Both the position numbers and the translations under genes were made by a program. A stretch of 64,000 nt of DNA from Candidatus Latescibacterota bacterium (lineage in GTDB: Bacteria > Latescibacterota > UBA2968): contig OZ242195.1 in assembly GCA_965205975.1 (NCBI GenBank), forward strand, positions 640,001 to 704,000, in the 5' to 3' direction. A model generated the notes under the pieces. The model had not been told where the DNA came from. It ran no database searches and was given only the letters and a program-made list of their open reading frames with translations. Of this stretch, positions 10,664-19,835 are shown piece by piece (the first letter of the stretch is position 1; each line of letters begins with the position of its first letter).

Positions 10664-11887
10664 TTACTGTTCTGTCCAAGTGGCGATGAAGTCCGCCGTG
10701 CCGTAGTCCGCGGGCATTTCGTTGAAATAGTGCTTCATAGGGATGGACTGAAAGCCCGGTACAAAGTGCTCTTCGTCCGATTGAAGCAGTGCTTCGAGTG
10801 GGCTGAAGCGATCCCAGAGCAAGCGGGCTTCGTCAGAGGTGAATCGTTCGGCGAATTTCGATTCCCAGTTGAGCGTGATGGGATGTGTTCCCAGAAGGCG
10901 ACGCTGGAGGTCTTCGGCGATGTCCTGAAGCGGGGGATCTTTTCGCAGTCGAATCGCAAGTGCCGCTTTGCAGAGGAATACGGTTGACAGAATTCTACCT
11001 TTTTCGGCCCGCCACGGATGGAGGTTGTCCAGGGCGCTGAGATACGCGCTGCCATCTGCAGAGAGAACGGCTCTCAGGGCGTCTTCCGTATGCTGCTTCA
11101 TCTGTTCGCTGTGGTCGCTCCAGCGCGCGAATGCCTCCTGTGCCTGCGGAGAGATGTGGTCGGCAAACGAGAGGTCGTCAATTGACGTGTGGGTCGAGAA
11201 GCCACCGTGGATGGTTCGCCGCATTTTGGGGCTGTAGTTGCTGCCCCAGTGGAGGATGGGGAGGATATAGACGACGCCGTCACCGGCTTCGAGATGGGTC
11301 TGTACGCCATTGGGCAGCGGGCGGCAGGGGTCTGCCAACAATATTTCGTTCTCTTCGGGGGTGTTCAGTCGCAGATGGCTGCCGGGTATCACCCAGAGGA
11401 CGCTGTCGTCGTAGAGTGGGATGTTCCACTGGACGTAACGCGGGCCTCCTTCGAGGATGTCGTCGATATAGCCCTGGAGCGGTGCTGTGTCGATCGGATG
11501 GTGATCGCGGTGCCACTTTGCCGGGCCGTGATCTCTGACGGGGTTGCACATCATCATCATTTCTGTGGCGGCTCCGTCCGCTACATCGAGAAGTTCTGTG
11601 CTGACTCCGTGGATGTTTTCCTCGAGCCATACTTCGACTGCTGGCGCGGTTTCCTGGTCGATCTGGTTGACGAGCGGTTGCCGTGAGAGTTGTAGGCGAG
11701 GCTGCGGCGCTGTTTCCCATACGCCTCCAGGTGGATCATTTTCCGCGCGCTCGGCCTTCCAATTTTCGCGCTGGCGGTCAACGAGCGTTTCGTACGCCTG
11801 CCGCACGCATTCGAGTTTGTCGCGTGGCACGGCTTCCTTGACGATAAGGTAGCCGGTTTCCAAAAATTCATCGCGGTTGAGTTTCAT
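10664..11887 (-). CDS. PhyH family dioxygenase with C-terminal extension
   Basis: WHRD...IPGSH...ILHWGS..RR. Confidence 0.85.
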   Translation of the reverse strand: MKLNRDEFLETGYLIVKEAVPRDKLECVRQAYETLVDRQRENWKAERAENDPPGGVWETAPQPRLQLSRQPLVNQIDQETAPAVEVWLEENIHGVSTELLDVADGAATEMMMMCNPVRDHGPAKWHRDHHPIDTAPLQGYIDDILEGGPRYVQWNIPLYDDSVLWVIPGSHLRLNTPEENEILLADPCRPLPNGVQTHLEAGDGVVYILPILHWGSNYSPKMRRTIHGGFSTHTSIDDLSFADHISPQAQEAFARWSDHSEQMKQHTEDALRAVLSADGSAYLSALDNLHPWRAEKGRILSTVFLCKAALAIRLRKDPPLQDIAEDLQRRLLGTHPITLNWESKFAERFTSDEARLLWDRFSPLEALLQSDEEHFVPGFQSIPMKHYFNEMPADYGTADFIATWTEQ

Positions 11888-11919
11888 AGCTGACTCCAAG
11901 GTGTTAGGCGAGGGCGTTT

Positions 11920-12387
11920 CTACCCGGTCCGGATAAGTATGAAATCCTCATCATCGCCCGGTGGCTCAAAGCGAGTGATGAATTCTGTAAATGCCTGGTC
12001 GTTGATCCAAAGTGCGTCATGGTCGCTTTTTGAACGAGTGAGGACCCGCTTTCGAAGTACGTCAATGGGAGCGTCGAGGAAATAGAGTTTTGATTCTGCG
12101 TCTATGGCCGCCACCGCTTGCCTGGTATTTTCGCGATCCCTTTTGTACCAGAATCCCTTATCGAGTATGACATCTGTGCCGAGGGCGAGATTGCGCGTGG
12201 CAATGCGCCAGATCAGGTTGGAAACGCGGTTGAAAAGTGCTTCAAATTGCTCGGGCGATCTGCCGTAGAGTTGAACCATCCACTCGTCATAAGTGTATCG
12301 CACAGCCCTATGAGTCTCTTCAAGCTCCCGAGCAAAAGTGGTCTTACCCGAACCCGATCGGCCACAGAGTAGGTGAACAGTCGCCAT
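11920..12387 (-). CDS. AAA_33-type P-loop kinase
   Basis: GRSGSGKTT Walker A, DVILD.GFW. Confidence 0.85.
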   Translation of the reverse strand: MATVHLLCGRSGSGKTTFARELEETHRAVRYTYDEWMVQLYGRSPEQFEALFNRVSNLIWRIATRNLALGTDVILDKGFWYKRDRENTRQAVAAIDAESKLYFLDAPIDVLRKRVLTRSKSDHDALWINDQAFTEFITRFEPPGDDEDFILIRTG

Positions 12388-12410
12388 TGTATCTGATCGA
12401 TACCTCTTGT

Positions 12411-13226
12411 TTAATCGTCAGGTCTTTGTCCGATGTAGAGTATGTGCCTGGATGAGGCCACCGTGCTTTGTTCTGCACTGATTTCGAATAGAATATCTAA
12501 CCAGAGGTCTCTTTGTTTTCCTGTAAGCGTGTTATAGCTTTCGTCGTTTGCGGAGATAGCTGGCTCGACACCTGCAGTTTTGAGGGTGCGAAATCCCACG
12601 CGCTCATGCAGGGGTGCGATTTCTTCCAGCCTAACAAAATAGCCTCGAAAGCCTCCTTTTGGAGCATTGGGGGGGCGGTGGCCTTGTTCTATGTGTGACC
12701 AAACCGCATCCTGGTTCTCAATCCACGAGGGGTTGTCCTTGATGAGGTCCCCAAGAATGCCAAATCTGGAAATCAGTGCAGAGAAGATCACACCCCCTGG
12801 TTTCAGGCAAGCGTAAGCGGACCGCAGAGTTGCTGTTCGGTCGGTTTCAAGTAATAGGTGATACAGAGGCCCCATGAGGAGAACAGCTTCAAACTCGCCG
12901 CGCGGAATCCCATCCAGTTTTCGCGCATCGCCAGTGCGGAAATCGATTTGATCAGAGAGCCCAAGCTCTTCCGCTTTCGCTTTGCATCGGGTGACGTACT
13001 CGTCGGCGAGGTCAATAGCCGTGATCTGGTAGCCTCGTTTTGCCAGGGGAAAGGTGTAAAATCCCGTGCCGAAACCAATTTCGAGGAGCCTACCGCGAGG
13101 TGGGAGGTATAGGTTTAGATAGCGCCAGGTGATATCCGCTTCGAGTTGGTGGCGTTCCAACCTGTTTGCCTCTGCGTCCCAGGCAGCATTGTAAAACTCG
13201 CGTATGTCGGTCAGGTCGTCCGTCAT
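12411..13226 (-). CDS. Class I SAM-dependent methyltransferase
   Basis: LLEIGFGTG, GPLYHL, LKPGG. Confidence 0.9.
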   Translation of the reverse strand: MTDDLTDIREFYNAAWDAEANRLERHQLEADITWRYLNLYLPPRGRLLEIGFGTGFYTFPLAKRGYQITAIDLADEYVTRCKAKAEELGLSDQIDFRTGDARKLDGIPRGEFEAVLLMGPLYHLLLETDRTATLRSAYACLKPGGVIFSALISRFGILGDLIKDNPSWIENQDAVWSHIEQGHRPPNAPKGGFRGYFVRLEEIAPLHERVGFRTLKTAGVEPAISANDESYNTLTGKQRDLWLDILFEISAEQSTVASSRHILYIGQRPDD

Positions 13227-13263
13227 GTCAGAGAATTGCTCTATGTGTCTGTGGCACTTTTCA

Positions 13264-14349
13264 TTACCTCGGTTCGTTGGGATATAAATTCATTACATAT
13301 TGGTCATATCCGTTGAACAGCAGGGTCGGACGTATTTCGGGGTTCGCAGGATCGGTGGTGATAAACCGTTCCTGGGCTTGAGACCACCTGGGATGGTCAA
13401 CCTTGGGATTGACATTGGCAAAGAAGCCGTATTCTCGTGGAACGAGCGTATTCCAGAAGGTTCTCGGCTGTTCGCGGACAAATTCAATACTCACGATCGA
13501 TTTGATGCTCTTAAAACCGTACTTCCAGGGCGCGACCAGGCGGATGGGCGACCCGTGCTGGTTGGGCATTTCGTGACCGTAAATTCCCGTGGCGATAAAA
13601 GCGAGTTCATTTGTCGCTTCTTCCATCGTCAGCCCTTCAACATAGGGCCAGGGATACCTTGGGGTGTTAAACTGTCCAACAGCCTGATTTGGATCCAGGA
13701 AGGTTGTCATCTTGACGAAATTTGCCGTAGAAAGCGGTTGTACCAAATCTATGAGGGCTTTCATTGGAAAACCAGTCCACGGTATCGCCATAGACCACGC
13801 CTCCACACACCGCAAGCGGTAAAGCCGTTCCTCCAGCGGAATAGCGCGAACCAGATCGCCAAAATCGTATGTCTTTTCCTGTGGGACCTCTCCCTTGATT
13901 ACCACTGTCCAGGGATCTGTCATGAAGTTTTCTGACAGAGGCTTTACCAGCGTCTTGTTGGTGCTGAATTCATAAAAATTATTGTACGATCCGGCTACCG
14001 ACTCCTCGGTTAAAGGCCGGTCCAGTTCGTTGAATTGCTCGTTGAGCCCGGCGGGATAAAGCGGTTGCGGTGGTTGTGGTGGTTGTGGCGGCTGTGGTGG
14101 CTCTTGTGGTGGTTGTGGCTGCGGCGGTTGTGGTGGCGTAGTATCCGTGGTTGGTTGCTGAGGGGGTTGCTGAGGCTCCTCAGTCGGCGTAGTGGGTGCT
14201 CTTTCAGCAGGGGTAAAAATCTTCTCATGTCCGCAGCCTGCTAACGCCCCCAGAGCACCTCCTGCGGCTACCATAAACTTTCGCCGGTTCATATAAACAT
14301 CTTCCGGCGTGGCCTCTCTCTCGGGTATTTCCCAACCTCGTTTTGGCAT
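13264..14349 (-). CDS. msrP: Protein-methionine-sulfoxide reductase catalytic subunit MsrP
   Basis: Tat RRKF, YNNFYEF, RLRCVEAWS, PWKYGFKSIKSI, EYGFFANVNP.VDHPRWSQA. Confidence 0.93.
   Translation of the reverse strand: MPKRGWEIPEREATPEDVYMNRRKFMVAAGGALGALAGCGHEKIFTPAERAPTTPTEEPQQPPQQPTTDTTPPQPPQPQPPQEPPQPPQPPQPPQPLYPAGLNEQFNELDRPLTEESVAGSYNNFYEFSTNKTLVKPLSENFMTDPWTVVIKGEVPQEKTYDFGDLVRAIPLEERLYRLRCVEAWSMAIPWTGFPMKALIDLVQPLSTANFVKMTTFLDPNQAVGQFNTPRYPWPYVEGLTMEEATNELAFIATGIYGHEMPNQHGSPIRLVAPWKYGFKSIKSIVSIEFVREQPRTFWNTLVPREYGFFANVNPKVDHPRWSQAQERFITTDPANPEIRPTLLFNGYDQYVMNLYPNEPR
14057..14180 (-). repeat. Low-complexity Pro/Gln-coding tandem repeat in msrP
   Basis: Repeated GGTTGTGG(T/C) units on plus strand encoding PQPPQPQPPQEPPQPPQPPQPPQP. 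Confidence 0.85.
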
Positions 14350-14376
14350 ATAAAACCTCCTTGATCAGGTTCCGGC

Positions 14377-15234
14377 TTATCTCTTAAATGCTATTCCAAA
14401 CAAAAACGTATTTCCCGCAGTGGTGTTGCATCCCGCTGCGATGCGAATCATATCCACGCTCAGTTCCATCCAGTTTGTTAAACGGTAAATAACTCCAGGA
14501 GAGATTTTTAAGACACTCTGGTCACCGATCAATTCAACCTCTCCAACCGGGTTGCAAGTTCCAAAGGTACGGATACCTGAAAGATACCCTTTGAACAGGA
14601 ACCGGTCCACTGTAATCCCGACCTCCAGGGCATAAAACCATTCATTACTGATGTCTCCTCCGCGGACCCGGTAGCCTACCTCTCCAGTTACATAAATCGG
14701 AGCGGGGTAAAGAGATTGGCCCAGTAGCAGCCGAATATCTGCATCCATCTTTTTAGAACTCAGGGGAACCCGCGTGTTGGGGTCGTCATCGTACCACAGC
14801 GGAATTTTGCCTCCCACAGCAATCGATGCGACCACGGGCTTGTTGGCTAAAAGCCACCGCAAACGCATTTCCATGTCGCCAAAACCCCACCGACGCTCCA
14901 GTGCTGTGCCCGTAACAACCAGATCGAGATCTCTCAGGGTGCGGGTATCCCTTAGCTGTTTGTAGGGGACGGACGACACAAGTGTGAGCCGGTCCAGCAA
15001 GCCGTATTCCAGGTAGGTCGAATAATTGAGATCTCTCAGTTCTCCCATATTTGCCTTCTGAATCTGCTTGCCGTTGGCATCAATATCTATGGTCGAGTTC
15101 AAATAGCTGGCTCCGACCTTAAAATAGTAGCCACCCGTATTCTGGGTCCACGCGCCGGCAAAGGCCGTGGATGTCAGACCTGAATAGGTCGCGCAAATAA
15201 GAATAAAAAATAGTTTTCGCATTGGCTTATCCAT
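14377..15234 (-). CDS. Putative outer-membrane beta-barrel protein
   Basis: Signal peptide then AGAWTQ; Y.EYGL.DRLT; GFGD.E; amphipathic strands. Confidence 0.65.
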   Translation of the reverse strand: MDKPMRKLFFILICATYSGLTSTAFAGAWTQNTGGYYFKVGASYLNSTIDIDANGKQIQKANMGELRDLNYSTYLEYGLLDRLTLVSSVPYKQLRDTRTLRDLDLVVTGTALERRWGFGDMEMRLRWLLANKPVVASIAVGGKIPLWYDDDPNTRVPLSSKKMDADIRLLLGQSLYPAPIYVTGEVGYRVRGGDISNEWFYALEVGITVDRFLFKGYLSGIRTFGTCNPVGEVELIGDQSVLKISPGVIYRLTNWMELSVDMIRIAAGCNTTAGNTFLFGIAFKR

Positions 15235-15280
15235 ATTCTATGAGGTTTTATTGATGGTGTCGGTCAGCATTATAAAGCCT

Positions 15281-15299
15281 TATAATCAATTTAAGTTCC
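15281..15299. repeat. 19-bp direct repeat, copy 1 (TATAATCAATTTAAGTTCC)
   Basis: Identical to 17990-18008. Confidence 0.9.
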
Positions 15300-15306
15300 C
15301 CTTCCC

Positions 15307-16800
15307 TCATTCCTCTTCAATGACGGTCGTGTGGGCAATCATCGTCGCACTGGGCGAGAGTCGTGGCCTCAAGCCGCTGGCAGTCGTCAGACCCCGGAGC
15401 CTTACTTGCCGACAAGGGGTGTATGGGAAAGGACGTTCCTCAGACGCAGAGGCCTGTTCGACGCCATCGTGGAAGTCGTCCGGGGCGGTGAAGAAGTACA
15501 TGCCCTGGTAATTATCGGGCGTATTGGAATCATCTACGAATAGTCCGTCGATAACGACTTCTTCGGGCATAGAGCAGGGATATCCGAAATCGTGCGTGCC
15601 GTCGTTGGATACATTGATCATGTGAGGCTGACAGGTGTCTCCACAAGCCGGAATCCATCGGCAGTTGCGGATAGTGAGCGCTCCCTCCCAGGTGCTGCCA
15701 TAGTCGCGCCGAAAGGAGACCAGGCTGCTGCCGTACAACGTAGAATCCTCAAGTGTCAACTGGCCTCGGCCGATCGCGTTCAGCCCCATATGGCCCAGGG
15801 TGCAGCGACGGATGACATAGGTGCCGGAAACGCCCATGTGCGTGTCCATTCTGGAGAGATGGCAGTCCTCGAGCAGGATATCTTTGCAGAAGTTGGATCC
15901 GATTACGCCCCAGCGCGTGCGGTCAGTGATATGGTTCATCCGACATCCAATCATTGTGAATCCCACGACGTTGTTCGCATTGTAGTCGTAGGTGCCCATG
16001 CTGACTGGCTTACCCGCCGCGCCGATGGTTGAGTAGATTTTGTGCCCGGTGGCGAAGCAGTTGCGTAGCGTGATGTGGGCACACTGTTGCACGCTGATGA
16101 ATCCGGAATAGGGACAGCCCACGGCTGTCTCGCCGACGACATAGTGGGTCAGACCCGAGACTTCTGTATTTGATCGGGAGATCACAATATTCCGATTCCA
16201 GTAGTTGTAACCATTCGGGTGGTGCTCGCGGTTGGCAAACGTGGTAAAGACGCCGCCGCGCAGGTAGAGCGTCTGCTCGTCAATCGGCCGCGCTTCCACC
16301 CGGGTGACCTGATCGTATTCCCAGTCGATGTCCGCTTCCACCGAGCCGTCTCGACGCAGGACGAAGCAGTCGTGCTGGGGTGCGCCGTCGTTCTGGTTTA
16401 GTCCCCGCCGGATATACAGCCTCTTGTGCGCGTTTTCCACGAGGATGTGACAATCGCGCTTTGGCCGCACATCCAACTGTCTCTGGTCTCTCGTGAGTTG
16501 ATCGATCTGCAAATCCTCCGGCTCCAACAGCGAGCGTACTTCAAAGAGATGCGCTTTGTGGTCTTCAACCTGTGTGTCGTCGATCGTGAAACGGGAGGTG
16601 TTCCAGTCGGTATCGGTCGCGATCACGGCGGTCAGCGCCTGGCCGCCGAGATGGTACGTCGCGCCAGGCTTTGTCCTGACACTCAAGCCGTGCGCGTTGG
16701 CGTAGGCGTGCGCCTCGCAGATCGCCGGCATGTCATCCGTGACGCCGTCGCCCTTTGCACCGAAAGATTCGTAGTCTATCAGGCCATCTTTGAAATCCAT
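15307..16800 (-). CDS. Pectate-lyase-like right-handed beta-helix protein
   Basis: YESFGAKGDGVTDD N-terminal motif and helix-type repeats. Confidence 0.75.
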   Translation of the reverse strand: MDFKDGLIDYESFGAKGDGVTDDMPAICEAHAYANAHGLSVRTKPGATYHLGGQALTAVIATDTDWNTSRFTIDDTQVEDHKAHLFEVRSLLEPEDLQIDQLTRDQRQLDVRPKRDCHILVENAHKRLYIRRGLNQNDGAPQHDCFVLRRDGSVEADIDWEYDQVTRVEARPIDEQTLYLRGGVFTTFANREHHPNGYNYWNRNIVISRSNTEVSGLTHYVVGETAVGCPYSGFISVQQCAHITLRNCFATGHKIYSTIGAAGKPVSMGTYDYNANNVVGFTMIGCRMNHITDRTRWGVIGSNFCKDILLEDCHLSRMDTHMGVSGTYVIRRCTLGHMGLNAIGRGQLTLEDSTLYGSSLVSFRRDYGSTWEGALTIRNCRWIPACGDTCQPHMINVSNDGTHDFGYPCSMPEEVVIDGLFVDDSNTPDNYQGMYFFTAPDDFHDGVEQASASEERPFPYTPCRQVRLRGLTTASGLRPRLSPSATMIAHTTVIEEE

Positions 16801-16819
16801 GAATGTCTCCTTTTAAATG

Positions 16820-17326
16820 CTATCTCGGTCCCTTGTATTTCCTGCCGCGATCAGCCACACGGCGTTCTCTGAGCAGAGCCATGATTGGGACCCCGTAGCC
16901 ACAACTCGTTTGCGTTTTTTCAATGTTCACTTCAATCACTTGCCGAGGTTTGTTCAGCTCTTGAGCAGGCGTTTCGAGCATCTTACGTGCGAGATGCGAG
17001 TCGTCAAGCTCAACGATCCGTGCATGTCCATAGAGTCGGACAATGCCCGCATCACCTTCCTCAAAGGAGCACACCATGATCGTGATTGGCCCCCCAGAGA
17101 CCGCATGACGCGCTGTCTCATTCCCACTGCCGGGGTAGTCGAGGTAAGCAACGCGATTTGGCGTGAGAATATGCAGGGGCGTTCCACCCTTTGGCGACAA
17201 ATTTAAAGCACCTGTCCCATCGGGTCCGTTTTCCAAATTTGGATCGGCTGTCGCCACAAAGAATAGGGGAGCGTTCTCGATGAGCGCGGCTTGCTCATCC
17301 GTTATAGAAGTGTATTGTGTTGCCAT
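16820..17326 (-). CDS. Pyridoxamine 5'-phosphate oxidase family protein
   Basis: FFVATA, NLSPKG, YLDYPGSGNETA.H, QTSCGYGVP. Confidence 0.88.
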   Translation of the reverse strand: MATQYTSITDEQAALIENAPLFFVATADPNLENGPDGTGALNLSPKGGTPLHILTPNRVAYLDYPGSGNETARHAVSGGPITIMVCSFEEGDAGIVRLYGHARIVELDDSHLARKMLETPAQELNKPRQVIEVNIEKTQTSCGYGVPIMALLRERRVADRGRKYKGPR

Positions 17327-17357
17327 TTTGATTATGTCTCCTTTTGGCGACGGTATT

Positions 17358-17579
17358 TCACACATTAACATTGAGAGGTAGTGTCCGTCCTGCTCTATGT
17401 GCTACAATGGCCTCATCGGCCAACCGCTCCAGTAAATCCTCGGACTCGGGACGGCTAAACAACTCAACCCATCGCTGATCCGACTCAAGTTCGGCCAGCA
17501 GGAAACGCGCAAATTTATCTTGTTCCTCTTGCGAGAGTTTGGTGGCTTTCTCGAAAGCCTTTTGAAGAAGTGGGGTCAT
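17358..17579 (-). CDS. Putative type II antitoxin (orphan)
   Basis: MT.LL.KAF..A.KLS..EQD..A..LL.ELES...W...F...LL.RLADEA pattern. Confidence 0.65.
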   Translation of the reverse strand: MTPLLQKAFEKATKLSQEEQDKFARFLLAELESDQRWVELFSRPESEDLLERLADEAIVAHRAGRTLPLNVNV

Positions 17580-17865
17580 TTGTTTTTTTCCTTCCTATGA
17601 AAACTACCACTTTATATTCAATCTCGATATCTACTTCGCTACCTGGTTTGCGCCCGTTGAGCGTCCAATAAAATGACAGAAGCTCCTGGGCTTCCTCTAT
17701 GGAGTCAAACTTAAAACTGGTCTCCAAAATATGACTCTCAAAACCTCTCTTGTGCCACCAGGATGAATCACTGGAAATATCGCGCTTAAAAAGACCGCAG
17801 AATGCGTCATCTCCTGCATTATCTACAATGCAGATTGGACCTTGAGGCTTGACCACTCTGCGGTA
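17580..17865 (-). pseudogene. C-terminal fragment of SAM methyltransferase
   Basis: RRVVKPQGPICIVDN...F.FDSIEEA..L..FYW; SAM-binding motif I absent; frame runs on into the next gene. Confidence 0.65.
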
Positions 17866-17998
17866 GTGGCATAACCCCCAGATCACCAACCTGAACGACA
17901 AGGTCAAATCGCTTTTTTCGCATTGACTGCCAGGTCAGGAGAATGGCAAGGGCATGGCATGCACGTCCGTGTATATCACCTATGAAACCTATAATCAA
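17819..17998 (-). pseudogene. N-terminal fragment of metallophosphoesterase
   Basis: TTG start after AGAAGGA; MIIGFIGDIHGRACHALAILL...FDLVVQVGDLG then loses frame (59 aa, below ORF-track cutoff). Confidence 0.75.
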
Positions 17999-18008
17999 TT
18001 TAAGTTCC
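17990..18008. repeat. 19-bp direct repeat, copy 2
   Basis: Identical to 15281-15299; spans RBS spacer and first codons of the phosphoesterase fragment. Confidence 0.9.
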
Positions 18009-18079
18009 TTCTACCAAATAGTCCCTTCCGTAGAATGGTATGATTTTGCTTTTATTCATTTAAAGTTTCAGTTGATGTT

Positions 18080-18334
18080 TTATACAGGCTGCGACATGGC
18101 TTCAGTTTCAATTTCCGCGCGCGCTACCTCGTAACCTGCCGATTTTACATTTGCTATGGCTGAACAAATAGCTGCTTCCAGGGAATCTCCCTCTCGGTGA
18201 AAATCAATCGAAAAGACACCATTGCATATCCCCGGTGTTCCATCGTCACAACCGGCCTCGAACAATTCGTCTGCAATTTCTTCTGTTAGTTCGAATTGTC
18301 CTTTGAGAATTAAGGTAAATTCGTATTTGGTCAT
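18080..18334 (-). CDS. Small hypothetical protein, antitoxin-like
   Basis: YEFTLIL...ELFEAGCDDGT...F.RE..SLE.AI.SAI.NV; family assignment from recall. Confidence 0.55.
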   Translation of the reverse strand: MTKYEFTLILKGQFELTEEIADELFEAGCDDGTPGICNGVFSIDFHREGDSLEAAICSAIANVKSAGYEVARAEIETEAMSQPV

Positions 18335-18390
18335 TGGACTTAACCTTTCCAATTTACAGTTTACGACAGATACCGTTCATATCCGGTCTC

Positions 18391-19764
18391 TTATTGCATC
18401 TTTATTTTGTGTGTAGCAATCTCGTACATTTCGTTTGTGCAGGTTTTGAGGACTTTCAAGAGTTCGGGATATGGTTCACCGTAGCCGGTGAGCAATCCGG
18501 AATGCTGGCGGTCCTGTTTTTGGGCGATCAGGTTAGAAGCGTCGATCAGGCCGCAATAGTGCCAGCCAATAAATTCCGGGCGCGCAAAGGCGTTCCGAAA
18601 GAACTCATCGGTCCATTCGGCTCGCTGTTCGATGTTGTCTGCCACGGGACCGTAGGGGCGAGGCATGGTATCTGTGATCATCGTGAATGCAGAATCGCCA
18701 TTGATCAGCGGCTTGTCGGCGATCCTGTACCAGCGATCTAATCCGGGTTTTTGCACTTCGTATCGGGCATACATCTGATAGAATACAATGTCGGTAAACT
18801 GGCTTGTAATGGGCAATAGGGTATCCAGCGCATCTGTGTTGGCATTGATTTTGTCGCCGACGAACAGATGGTTTGGATCGTATCGGCGGATCGCATCTCG
18901 CGTTGTCTGGTAGTATTTTGTGACGACTTTTTGGAGGAATTCAATATTGTCGCGGGTTTCGTTGCCATTAGAAAGATCGGTGTGTGGCCGCCAGTTCTCG
19001 GCTGTTTGGAGCGCGTCAAATGAATCAAATTGCGTGCTATAAGTGGTGTTGAAGTCGCTGATTTGCCCGCGATATATATCGCTCATGGTCTGAACATAAG
19101 CCTTTTTGCCCGGTGCATTGGTACCCAAATTGCACAGCCGCCGCGGCCAGCCGATTCGAGCTTCCCGTCGTGCGCCGCCAATCACGTCGGGGCGTTCCCT
19201 GCAATCTTCTTCTGTAAATAACGGGCAGTCGGTCATGGCATAACCGAGCAGGAAAGGATCATCTTTTGCAGGCGCGGCAAACTTCTTTGCCATCTGATCG
19301 CAGTGTGAGGCAAATGTTTCTGAAAAGACATCCAAAAAATTGCTGTCGGGTATTTCTTTCTGCCAATGCGGGATATCGACAAAGTGAATCGACTGCATAT
19401 AGGGGACAGATGGCTGCGGACGATTGACGGCTGACAACTCTGTGTGTACGCCTACTGTGTTGAAGCCGTATTGACGACATGTTTGCAGGAACCAGGTTTT
19501 GAGGGCGGGTGTGAATTCACGGCTGTCCAGGTTGTCTATGCCCAATCGCTTTTTCCAGGCTTCGCGATTGTAGTCCTGTTTCCACAGATGGGGATGCAGG
19601 TGGTTTATTCCGAAGCTCAGAAATGCATTTCCCTCGGGCGTTACGAGCCACCATCTTTCGTCTTTTTCTACACGAAAAAAGCCAGTTGCCTCAAATTTCT
19701 TGCCTGTCCAGCCGCCGTATTGATCGCGTTCGGCGGTATCTTGATGTCGTTTATGTTTTTGCAT
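18391..19764 (-). CDS. Beta-agarase-like (GH50-related) glycoside hydrolase
   Basis: DQYGGW...ATGFFRVEK..RWWLVTPEG; DDPFLLGY; IRRYDPNHL. Confidence 0.75.
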   Translation of the reverse strand: MQKHKRHQDTAERDQYGGWTGKKFEATGFFRVEKDERWWLVTPEGNAFLSFGINHLHPHLWKQDYNREAWKKRLGIDNLDSREFTPALKTWFLQTCRQYGFNTVGVHTELSAVNRPQPSVPYMQSIHFVDIPHWQKEIPDSNFLDVFSETFASHCDQMAKKFAAPAKDDPFLLGYAMTDCPLFTEEDCRERPDVIGGARREARIGWPRRLCNLGTNAPGKKAYVQTMSDIYRGQISDFNTTYSTQFDSFDALQTAENWRPHTDLSNGNETRDNIEFLQKVVTKYYQTTRDAIRRYDPNHLFVGDKINANTDALDTLLPITSQFTDIVFYQMYARYEVQKPGLDRWYRIADKPLINGDSAFTMITDTMPRPYGPVADNIEQRAEWTDEFFRNAFARPEFIGWHYCGLIDASNLIAQKQDRQHSGLLTGYGEPYPELLKVLKTCTNEMYEIATHKIKMQ

Positions 19765-19835
19765 TTGGATGTCTTTGAATAGGATATCTGTGGGTGGCTT
19801 AATTGCTCAAAGTATTTGACATTGTACGCGGTATA

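Noticed and set aside
14350..15251. 10-bp inverted repeat ATAAAACCTC/GAGGTTTTAT flanking the beta-barrel gene
   Set aside because: One copy is the msrP RBS; short and AT-rich, likely chance
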